From: Blepharisma stoltei ATCC 30299 | Taxonomy: Eukaryota > Protista > Ciliophora | Direction: 5' to 3' | DNA length: 64,000 bases | Assembly: GCA_965603825.1 (NCBI GenBank) | Contig: CBFDEM010000040.1 | Location: forward strand, 620,001 to 684,000 | Shown: in pieces, positions 52,780 to 62,797 of the stretch | How positions within the stretch are numbered: the stretch's first letter is position 1 | How the letters are laid out: every line of letters begins with the position of its first letter | The notes under the pieces: generated by a model | Told to the model about the DNA's origin: nothing | Databases searched by the model: none | Seen by the model: the letters and a program-made list of their open reading frames with translations, nothing else | Made by a program: the position numbers and the translations under genes

Positions 52780-54142
52780 AGGAAATTGGAGGCATGAGTT
52801 GTAAAGGGGAAATTCAGCTCAACTGTACGCTTGGGTGCAATGCTGCGGGTTCGATGGCTGAGCTGCTTCTTCACCGTATGTAAAATCTCTGAAAATTCAA
52901 AAAATCCTCTGAACGTCTTCCAAGCGGTTTACGACGCGCTCTTAATGCTTCTGATAATTTTCCAGCTCTTCAAAAATGGTTTCTGAACTGCTTGATTAAT
53001 CATTTTATGGAAGTTCACCATAATTGATTTTCAGGACGACTCTCAAAAAGGAATTAATCCTTGCATCATAATTATAAATAGATAAATTAAATAAATTGCA
53101 GGATAAAGGTTTTTGAATATAAATAATTTGTATATCTAGTTGAAAAATTTTTCTTATTTTTCATAAGGATTTAAAATTGGCTTTGACTAAGCATGGTGTC
53201 CATCATCAGAACAATTTTTTCAAAGCATCTTATCTTTATTCATTGAGATTATCATAGCTTTAATTGCCTTAAGCACTCTTCCTTATTTTGGCTGGCTGAT
53301 ATAATAAATATATTTCTCAGCTAAGGTTTGGTCTTCGGTGGGCTAACTTCGAGGATGTGATTTTATTATAACTGGCAAGTTTTGCTAGCATAAGTGCTAG
53401 ATACCACTTTGGTTATGATTAGAGGCTAGCTCAAGCATACTTCAAAGCTGGATATACCTAGTCTAAGACATCTTCTTTATGCTGCTTCACTACACTATGA
53501 TCAACTTTTTTAATTGAGTAATTTTATTGGTTTCCCAACGAGTTCAAGCATTACTTAGACAATTTTCTCAGACAGATGATCATTTTTTTGGCTAATATAT
53601 CGAAATTTTCGAAACCTGTGGATATTTATTTTTGCAAAAATTAATGCAGCAATAGAATATATAATTTTGCTAGATTCAAGTGAATCTTCCACTCTGAGGT
53701 CTGCTTAAACTGTTGTCTTGCGCCAATAGCAAGTTCATCTATAAGTTACTTTGAAAGCTTGTTGGCTAAAGCTTTGTATAAAGACTACATATTATTATTT
53801 GATAATGATACATATTTTATTATTCATTTTAGGTTGTGGGGAAAGTTAATTTTAAAATACTTATAAGATATTTTATACTTTGAAATGAATAAAAATCAAT
53901 TTATTCGCCTCCTTGCTCTTCAAGTGTCAATAATACGTCTTTAATGTTTCTAATGCGCATATAAATATTTAAAGGGATTCTATTTTTGAGTAATAATTTT
54001 GGATTTTCATTAAATGCTTTAATCCTCGGCATTTTTCGGAGCTATAAATAAATGTTTTAATTAATAGAAAACTTATTTTTTCTCTATGAGATTCTAATTT
54101 TCAGATTTTTATGACCGTGATAATCAATTAAAATTATTAGCA

Positions 54143-57100
54143 TTATTTTTTTTCCCTTTTGGTTCCTTCATCTCCTGAGTCATATTTTCTTTTTAATGTG
54201 TCTGCTTGATATGTTCTGTCCATATCAGCTAAACTTGAGTCTTTCCTTATAATTTTTTCGATTAATTCACTAATATTTCTCCCGCCAAGTATATCCCTTG
54301 CCTTTTCTGTGGATTCTGCACTGCCTTTATCTCTACACAGTACTGAAGATAGGACCAGTATTTTTCCATTTGTCGTGCTAAAGTGTTTATCAATCTCTTT
54401 AGCATCGTGAAAATTAAATTTATTTTCCTTAATGAATACTTTCCAATTTCCCTCAGGAGGGTTTCTGTAAAACACAATACCTCGAATAATCACTCTACGG
54501 AAATGACTATATTTCTCTCGTAAGGCAATATCCATATATTTCTTGGAGTAGATCTGTCAAAGAGCATCATCAGCTCTTTCCTGAACTTTATCATCGTAAG
54601 CTGATTCTAATTTTTTAAGTTCATGAATAATGATGGTAGAGGATTCTCCTTGATTTGGAATAAAAATTCCATCAGTTTTTTTGTTAAACTTATTAGTTGC
54701 CTCTATATACAATTTATATTTAGGCTTTGGTGCTTGCTCTAATGCTATAAGAGCTATTCCTCCTGTATAAGTTTGGAAAAAAGCCTCATTTTTACTGCTA
54801 CGGTCTTTTATCTTGTCTAGTAGATCGGTTTGAATAAGATTTTGAAGCTGTTCTTTATCTTCTAAGCAGCCAATATAATTATTCATTCACATAAAAGGAT
54901 TAGTATTATAATTGTTCCCTTCTTTATTGATCCATGAAACAAATAATTTTTCATAAAAATATCTTCTTATTTCTTTATTAGGGACTACATAGATTGAGTT
55001 TTTTGGCTTATTTTCATAGGGTGTCAAGTATCCAGCATGAAGTAATAGCACACAAACATTATCTTCAATTGTTGTGTCTTGACTTAATGGCTTGTCTAAA
55101 ACAAGATACCCAGATTTCATTATTTCAAATATTTTATTATGAGAGTCAATAGTATTGAATACTGAAGTGAAAAGCTTTTGGTCTTTTTTATTATGCCAAT
55201 ATGTTTTAAGAGGTGTTGCATTATGCTTCGAAGCACTTGATAAGCAACTTATTATTGAAAATGGGTTGTAAATTTTTTGTCTTCCAACTCTATAACCATC
55301 ATATCATTGCTTTATCAATTTTTTCTGCTCAACTATATTTGTATGCGAGTCTTGTGCCAAATAATGCTCAAGTAATTCATCAACTTCGGATTCAGTAAAA
55401 CCAAAAAATTCAGAGTAAAAATCATCTAAAACCGTAAAAGGAGTAAAACATTGATCAGAAAATATATCAAGTAGCGGATCATAATAAACTCCAGCTACAA
55501 TTATTTTCCTAATATATGCATTGATTGTACAAACTAGTGGATTAAGCATATATCTTAAAATCAATGTAGCTTCTTGTCTTTGCTCTGTATTTACCTCTGC
55601 CCGTTTATAATTACTATCGTAGTCATCTATAATTACAATAACCTGCTTTTCATGAATCATATACAGCATGGTAGCTAGATCATTCAATGCTGTATATATA
55701 TTTATTTCAGATCTATCTGATAGATAAAGTCTAAATAACTTCATTTCCATAGGTAAATCTAATTTTGCCTGATCAATAATTTTTTCCAAATCTTGAAGTG
55801 TCAGATTACTGATTGAAGAATGAATTATTTTTCCTTCTAAATATTGTCGATATGAGGAAACATGCTGCTGTAATGTTTTTCCTATTGCAGTCTTGATTTC
55901 TTCATGCATTTCAGTATTTGAAGGATTAATCTCGGGAAATGGAAATAAAATAGTAGGAATTGTTCCTGCAAAATTTCTATATTTACCATCATCTATTTTC
56001 ATAATTTTTTTGCACTTTTCATTATCTAAGTTGCCCAAATTAGTATTATTTCTTTCCCCTGTAAATAAGTATAAGTTTGAGAATTCTTCAGACTTGCCTC
56101 TCTGAGGATTTAGAAATGCTTGGAGCATGCTCATGTTCAGTGATTTGCCCCAACATCTTGGCCGAATAATAGCGGTTACAGAGCTAGAGTCTTCTAAAAT
56201 TGTCTTTATAAAAATAGTTTTGTCCACATAAATATTGCCGTTGTCGACTATATGTTTAAAATTTGCACTTGAAGGATTAAATGAACAATTTGGTTTTACC
56301 TTAATTATTCAATGGGGCGTCGGAGGCGATTCAACTTCATTTATACTTGTGGGAATTGGAGTTTTCAATAGATCTGAATCTAATTCTTGGCTTTTCCTTA
56401 ATGAGTCGATAAATTGGATAGCATCATCCTCTTTGCTATTGTTTTGTAACTCTAATAATATACACAATTGACTTATGCTCAAATTGTTTGCTAAAAAGCT
56501 TGCTTGATCTTCTAAAATTATCCATGATGACACCTTTGAATGAATCTCGGTAAAAATTGCGTTTTGTATCATGTTTATCCTTTCAGAACTAATAATAAAT
56601 TTTGAATTTTCTACCCACTTAGCAAAATCGATGCTTAAATCTTCGAGAATAGCTAATATTTTATTAGTTCAGTGCACGTCAAGATTTGAAAATTCATTTA
56701 AATAGCTACAATTTCCTGAGGAAATCAGCATTACTGTATTGAATATCAGCCATAGTCAGCTTTGGGAGGGATTCTTGTGCTGCTTAATGTTTAGTGTATC
56801 AAATATTATAGCTGATGGGAAAAATCCTCCAAAAGTATTTGATCTCCCATTAGACTCTGTATATGAAATTTTTGTTTTCAACAGAAATTTTAACAAAGCT
56901 GGCATTTTATAATTATTCCCAGATGAATCGACCATATAAACTAATTCAGAGGCATTAGAAAAAGACTCTCCATCAAAATTTGTATAGTTTTTGGGAATAA
57001 TTACCATTAATTGCCATATATAATTTTCTTGAGCTTGATGACCTCTCTGAGATGCATTTTCGTCACTTATATTGATTTGCCAAAAAGAAACAATAGGCTT

Positions 57101-57358
57101 CTCTAGCTCTTGACGATTAACCCTGACTATGTCTTCGATTTTCGCCATACAAACTAACACACCATTTATTTCATTGGAAGAGGCGGGAGAGTGATTTAAA
57201 GGAGCATCTACTCCTGCAATATAGATTCTGTCGTGGTAAATTGATTTAAGCACTTCTTCAATCCCGTAAGCAGACAGGCAATATTCTGCTGAGCTTGAGC
57301 GGTCATAGCCTTGAAAATACTTAAAGGCATCATAAAGGCGCTTTTCCAAAGTTTCCAT
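54143..57358 (-). CDS. Copy D (intact, 1071 aa): inactive CE-clan protease-like domain + AAA-ATPase-like (PF09820-type) + PD-(D/E)XK nuclease (PDDEXK_9-type) + basic tail
   Basis: All six ORF fragments are in one frame. The gaps were translated and contain only TGA, no TAA/TAG. No introns. Motifs: YVDKT, RPRCWGKSLNMSML, VIIDDYD, FGFTESEV, WYDGY, YNPF, LLLHAGYLT, VPNKEI, KTDGIFIP..IIIHELK, ALWQIYSKKY. Confidence 0.88.
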
Positions 57359-58405
57359 ATTTTGATTATTATTTTTAATTTTTTGGAGACCAAAATCGAT
57401 GTCGAAAAAAAGCCAATAAAATAAATAATTGTAAAATGTTGACAAACATGCAGAAAATCTATCAAAATTTATCTATATATTATAAAAAATTCGAAAAATG
57501 ATAAAAATTTGTAAAATAAAATAAGAGTGTTGTCAAAAAGTCAAAAGTTTGGAAAATTTGCAATCAAAAATTTATAGCTTGCCCACTTTGTTGATTTTCA
57601 TGATGATTATAATTTTTTCATTGGACTTCATGCAGTATAAAAATTAAGTCCTTAAAATAGTTTATTTTAATTTAATATCTAGGAGAAACCCTTATATAAG
57701 CTTTAATAATTTCAGATAATTACTTCTAGTTTTAGATAATTAGCTCAGAAATATTTTTGGAACTATTTTTTATGATAAATTGGATAATTTAGTAAGCTCA
57801 GGCTATATTATTTTTATTGGAATTAACATTTATTTCATCTCGTTTGATTGTGAATTCATGGAAATGTTAATTCATACTTCGAAATCAAGTCTTGAATAAT
57901 AATTATGAATAAATAAATTAGTCAAAGTTTAATTAATTGTAGGATTAAGATTTTTTGCTCATCATAATTAATTTGCTGCTATGCAAGTGAGAGGCAGCAG
58001 AAAATAATCTTTATTTTTAAATCAGAAGCTATTATGACTTGGCTCTAAAGCAGATAATGCTTTTCTGTCATTAAAATTTGCTTCAGCACGTTAATGCTTT
58101 CCGTCTACACACTAGTTGCTCAAAATAACAATTTGATAGGAGTTATCTCATTATTTAGCTTTTTCAAAAAATTTTTCATTTATCATCAATAATGGTAACA
58201 AATAGCTAGGTTTCGTAATGACTTATCATTTTCAAGCTAAGAATCAAAACTCTCAATTATTAATTTAATTATAAAATTTAAGCTTATTTTATTTATTTAA
58301 GATTTTATTAAGCTAAAAAAATTTAAGTTTAATCTATAGGATCTGATCTTCCATGCTTAAGGATAATGAGAATTTTTAAAAATAATAATATTTATTTGTG
58401 AAGTC

Positions 58406-58957
58406 ATGGATATAGGAGATTAGTATACTGTACTTAGTGCTTTTTTCTTAAAAATTATACTGCTAGGATGCCAAAGTTCTGGAAAATCTAATATTTTACT
58501 CAGATATACAGATGGAGTTTTTGAAGAAAAAGAGCTAACATATAATTATGATTTTGTAAGTTTCATGAAGAAAATAAAAGACAAAGTACTACAAGAAAAA
58601 TTGATGAAGCTTCAGATATGAGACACAAGTACTATATACAGGAATTATTTTAAATCAGCGCACGGTTTTGCAATTATAATAGATTTAACAAACCCTGATT
58701 CATTTCATAGCGCATTATATTGAAAAAAAGAACTTGATAATTACTTTTCAGGTAAAACCCCAGAAATCATATTAATTGGAAATAAAGCAGATCTTGAAAA
58801 TCAGAGATTTTTCACATTTGAAGAAGCCAAAAAGCGTGCAGATAGCTTGGAAATGTTTTATATTGAGGTATCAGCAAAGACAAACTGAAATATAGAAAAA
58901 TCATTTGAAATTTTAATTAGAAATATCCTACATAGAATCTCCAATAAGGCAAGCTAA
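58406..58957 (+). CDS. Divergent Rab1-like GTPase-fold protein (not in ORF track); introns 58423-58437 and 58556-58570
   Basis: [31 protein letters not shown]...YDF|KIK...KLQI[W][15 protein letters not shown]...IGNKADL...EVSAKTN...ISNKAS*. Confidence 0.82.
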
Positions 58958-59284
58958 TCACAGAATTAAATCATTTAGTAGCATATATATATGTTACATC
59001 AAAATAACTATTTTTAGCCTTTAAATAATAAAAATAATCTATATTGCTTAATAATTAAAATAAAATAAAGAATAGCATTTTAGGATATGGATAGCAGCTC
59101 CTCGATAATATGCTTTAAAATTTACTAGTTAAAGCTCTGTATAAGGAGTGCATATTTTATGCTTTAGGATACGTAGGATACACATTTTGGTTATCCATTT
59201 TAAGCTTCAGACCAAAGTAAAGATTTATAGCTAATTCTAAATTTATTTATGGAATATTTTATGTTTAAATTACACAAACCACTA

Positions 59285-59938
59285 TTAAGTATGATAGGTC
59301 GGGATTTTTGACTTGATAATAGGAACAATTTCTTCTCCTCCTTGCTCTTCTAGCGTCATTAATACTTCTAAAACTTTATCCCTATAATTTCTCTCATTCA
59401 TTTTCTTTCCTAGCTGCTGAAGAAACAGATGAACATGATTATTCAAATAAGGACCCACCAGTTCTGAAAGCAGCCTATATTGAACTTACTTTAATGTATC
59501 TAAAGCTGAACTGACGGCGCCTTTATCACTATTTGTCAAAGCTTGTCGTAAAGGCATTACTAATCTCGGAATTAGAGGTATTGTTTTTTCTACAGCGCCC
59601 TCAGCTGTCAACAGTTCTTTAGTCCCTTGACGAGATACAAACATATAAGGATGCTCAGTTTCTATGAGCCCTTCAAAAAGAGTAACCAAAAGAGGGTCAT
59701 AGCTTAGCTGAGAAGGCGGAGTTGACCATAACAAACTCATAGAAACAGATCCATGATTGATTCTGCATGGAATCCCACCTGCAGAGTATACATATCCAAG
59801 ATTTCTGTATAATATTTACGTTTTACTCTTATTTTTAGGCTTGAAAGGATCAGCTGCTTTAACTTGAAGTCTGTCACTAGGCTTAGAGCTAAAAGAGTTA
59901 GCTTTTTTCTTTTTAGATTCTTCTTGAGCTGGCCTCAT
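59285..59938 (-). CDS. PACRGL: PACRG-like protein (~207 aa); introns 59805-59819 and 59475-59489
   Basis: YSAGGIPCRINHGSV, YDPLLVTLFEGLIETEHPYMFVSRQG, LEEQGG..IIKSKIPTY. Confidence 0.88.
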
Positions 59939-59983
59939 ATTTTAACAAATATTTTATTTAAATAAATACTCAAAAAAGCATTA

Positions 59984-61045
59984 CTAAATGCTTGACATTA
60001 TCTTTATTAAATTTTCCTGCAACTTTTGATTTGCCTCATATAAATCCCTAGTTTTTTCTTCAAATACTGCTGAGCTTTCTGCTAGCGAATCATATTTCAC
60101 TTGTAAATTTCTATATTTTTCTATCAGATCTTCTAGCCTCTTTTTCAAATACTCATTTTCTTCAAAATAATTTTTATCATTATTTTTTTCTTTTTTCTTT
60201 TTTGCTTTTTTCTCAGTTTTCTCTTCTTTTTTCTTGTCTAAATCTTTAAGTTTTGCCATCAAATGGTTATTTAAATCTTGCATCCTCAGCATAGTTTTTT
60301 TATTTTCTTGGATTTTTTCTTCATATTCTTTGATCTTCCTAACTCTTTCTTACTGTTCGATTTCTTTATCTTTTTTTCGTAGCTGATTTTTAAAGGAACC
60401 TTCCCCTCTATTAATATTGGAATTTACGTTGACTAATGACTGGCATGACTCAATAGTTTTGTTTTTCTTTATTATTTCCTGCTCGAGATCTTTTATTATA
60501 GCTTCTTTATCTTTTAAAGCTTTTTCTAGTGATTTGATAGTAGCTAAAGCTCCTTGTAGCCTCATTTTGAGATTTGAATGAGGGTTTTTTTGTTCGTTTG
60601 AGCTATTAGAATTTTCGCTTTTTTTGATACTTGGGGTGGTTTCTTTCAAAGTTTCAATATTTTGAGAGTTTTCTGAATAATGACTTTGTAAGGTCAGCTG
60701 GAAAGGAGAGCTTGAAATAAATTTTTCTTTTTCAGATTCGCTGGAAATGCAGAGATCGTCTTCTTCGTCCTCAATTTCTTCTTGATTATCGAAATGTTTC
60801 CCAAGCTCTTTATCAAGTTCTTCCATTTCTTGCTTAATTGTTTTGAGAAATTGTTTATCATAATTGCTTTCTTTAGTTTTCATTCCAAGAGCATTATTGA
60901 GCTCCTCGTCAACTCGGGAGAGGTTGTTTTCTTTTTTAGGGGTTATTTGAGCTGATTTTATAGGTGAGTCTGCGATTTTTATTCTTTCTTCGGATTCTTT
61001 AATTATATTTCGAAGTTTTCTAAGATCAGGGATTTTCCCACTCAT
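59984..61045 (-). CDS. Coiled-coil hypothetical protein (~348 aa); intron 60339-60353
   Basis: Removing GTAAGAAAGAGTTAG joins the two ORFs in frame. Confidence 0.75.
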
Positions 61046-61104
61046 TTTGTAAATTAAATTATATTTATGAGAATTTTTAATTTTGTTTAATGAATTGATA
61101 TTAG

Positions 61105-62547
61105 TTAAAGATCTTCTTTTTTCTGATTTTCGCTTTCCTTTTTAGAAGCCTGGTCTCTTGGTCTTGGCTTATATTCTGAAGAGACTACTCTGTTTTTCTT
61201 TATGAACTCAATGATATCTTCAGCCTTTTTTTCTTTATTTGTATATTCAATTCCTGAGCTCTCACCAGCCTTGAATAGCTTTAGAGTAGGGAATGAAAAA
61301 ATATCATGTCCAGGGATATCATTTGCCATTGCGTCAATTGCATAAATAGATAGAGTGTCATTACCAATTGTTTCTAAAACTTCATCCAACTGTTTTTCAA
61401 GCACTCTACAATGCATGCACCATGGAGCATAAAAGTGGACTAACACATCTTTTTCAGCTGAAGGTACAAGTTTCTTAAAGTTTGACGTTGTTAATAACGA
61501 ATCATCGTCAGGGGCTAACTGAGACTTATAGAACTGTTTTGCTGTCCCATCTTCCCATTCTTTAATAAGATACCCTAACTCTTCTTTAGCCGCTTTATCT
61601 GCTGGGTATTTACGAAGAACTCCATTAATTGGTTTTATTATCATCGCAAAAGGCTGTTTATCTGGATTTACTCCAAGAAGTTCAGCAAAGGTCAGATGCT
61701 GATGCAAATCTCCAATAGAAAATTTTATTTTTCCATGATGTGTCAAGGCTAGTTCATCAACAATCTCATCCAGTTCACTTTGTGAGGAATTTCTGAATAC
61801 AAATAATCCAGGCTTATTGTTATCAAAAAAGTACTCATAAGCTGCATCCCCAAATGGCAAAACCCATCCGTATTTTTCTTCGTCAATAAAAGCTTTTAGC
61901 TTATCAGCTTTAAGCTCTCCTTCAAATACCTTAGTTTTATAGTCATTTTTTTTAAAAACCACAAAGGAAGGATTAGCGTATTTATAAACAGAAAGAGCGA
62001 CTGGGTGTATAGAAATCCCTATTAAGGCGTTTTGTTCAAATTTAATAGCTTTTGCAAGCTCATTTGAAGCTTCAGAATCCTCGTCAGCAAAAAGTACAAA
62101 AACAGTAGGATTTTCGCTTATAAATTGTTGGACGTCAGGGTAAGACCTCAAAAGTTTTACCTTTGGGGATAATCTTAGTTTCACCCATTGGGTAATATCA
62201 CTTGCTGTCTGAGGGCCAGTGTATTCATAATGGACCTTCCCTGAAAAGTAGTGGAATGAAGGGCCAGCCTTGATATCATATGCAACACCTATATGCTTAT
62301 TATGTCCCATATCATACTGGCCTAGCAAAATATCTGATTGATCTTTAAATGATGCCGCGACTTTTTTCATTTCTGGCAAAAGTCGCTTATAGTGCCCACA
62401 CTTAGGCTCATAAAACATCACAAACATGTCTTTCGGCTCTTTTACAGCTTCCATCCAGTTCAGATCATCAAGAAAATACAGATTTTCGTCATGAATTAGC
62501 TCTCCGTATGTTAAACTTAGCAAGGCAAAAAACACGTGTCCCCACAT
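61105..62547 (-). CDS. PDI: Protein disulfide isomerase family (a-b-b'-a'), ER-retained
   Basis: Signal peptide, FYEPKCGHY and FYAPWCMHC thioredoxin sites, FPTLKLF, C-terminal KEDL. Confidence 0.9.
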   Translation of the reverse strand: MWGHVFFALLSLTYGELIHDENLYFLDDLNWMEAVKEPKDMFVMFYEPKCGHYKRLLPEMKKVAASFKDQSDILLGQYDMGHNKHIGVAYDIKAGPSFHYFSGKVHYEYTGPQTASDITQWVKLRLSPKVKLLRSYPDVQQFISENPTVFVLFADEDSEASNELAKAIKFEQNALIGISIHPVALSVYKYANPSFVVFKKNDYKTKVFEGELKADKLKAFIDEEKYGWVLPFGDAAYEYFFDNNKPGLFVFRNSSQSELDEIVDELALTHHGKIKFSIGDLHQHLTFAELLGVNPDKQPFAMIIKPINGVLRKYPADKAAKEELGYLIKEWEDGTAKQFYKSQLAPDDDSLLTTSNFKKLVPSAEKDVLVHFYAPWCMHCRVLEKQLDEVLETIGNDTLSIYAIDAMANDIPGHDIFSFPTLKLFKAGESSGIEYTNKEKKAEDIIEFIKKNRVVSSEYKPRPRDQASKKESENQKKEDL

Positions 62548-62560
62548 TTTTATCTTAAAG

Positions 62561-62797
62561 TTATGTAAAAATTTTATTTAAAAGCAGCTTATTAGAGTAA
62601 ATCATTGTACCAATAATTTCGTCAGGGTCCCATAGGATTTGAGGTGATTTTTCAATTAAATATTGAGTTGTGTTGTGAGGCGCCTTAGGCGGAAATCGTC
62701 GGTCATATCGAAAGGTACGGGTCTTCAGCTTGGAGCGAGGCTGGATTTTGTGAATTTTTTTGCTGCTGGTTTGGCTCGTTGGTAGATAGGTCTTCAT
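62561..62797 (-). CDS. 78-aa basic protein with a HEXIM-like P(Y/H)NT motif
   Basis: Basic stretch followed by PPKAPHNTTQYLI; GC-richer than its flanks. Confidence 0.6.
   Translation of the reverse strand: MKTYLPTSQTSSKKIHKIQPRSKLKTRTFRYDRRFPPKAPHNTTQYLIEKSPQILWDPDEIIGTMIYSNKLLLNKIFT

Noticed and set aside
39874-57358. The array as bacterial contamination, prophage or a DNA transposon
   Set aside because: It is contiguous and interleaved with intron-containing host genes and uses TAA stops with TGA-Trp. I saw no transposase motifs, TIRs or TSDs. A UGA=Trp bacterial donor cannot be excluded as the origin.
256-57465. Numerous short antisense or alternate-frame ORFs in the track (e.g. 4439-4765 +, 6515-6832 +, 29153-29530 -, 33730-34122 +)
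   Set aside because: They are shadows of real genes on the opposite strand or frame, with no motifs of their own.
18849-59938. Apparent clustering of cilia/microtubule genes (RSPH4/6, Cdc14, EML, PACRG-like)
   Set aside because: They are widely spaced among unrelated genes, and such genes are abundant in ciliate genomes.
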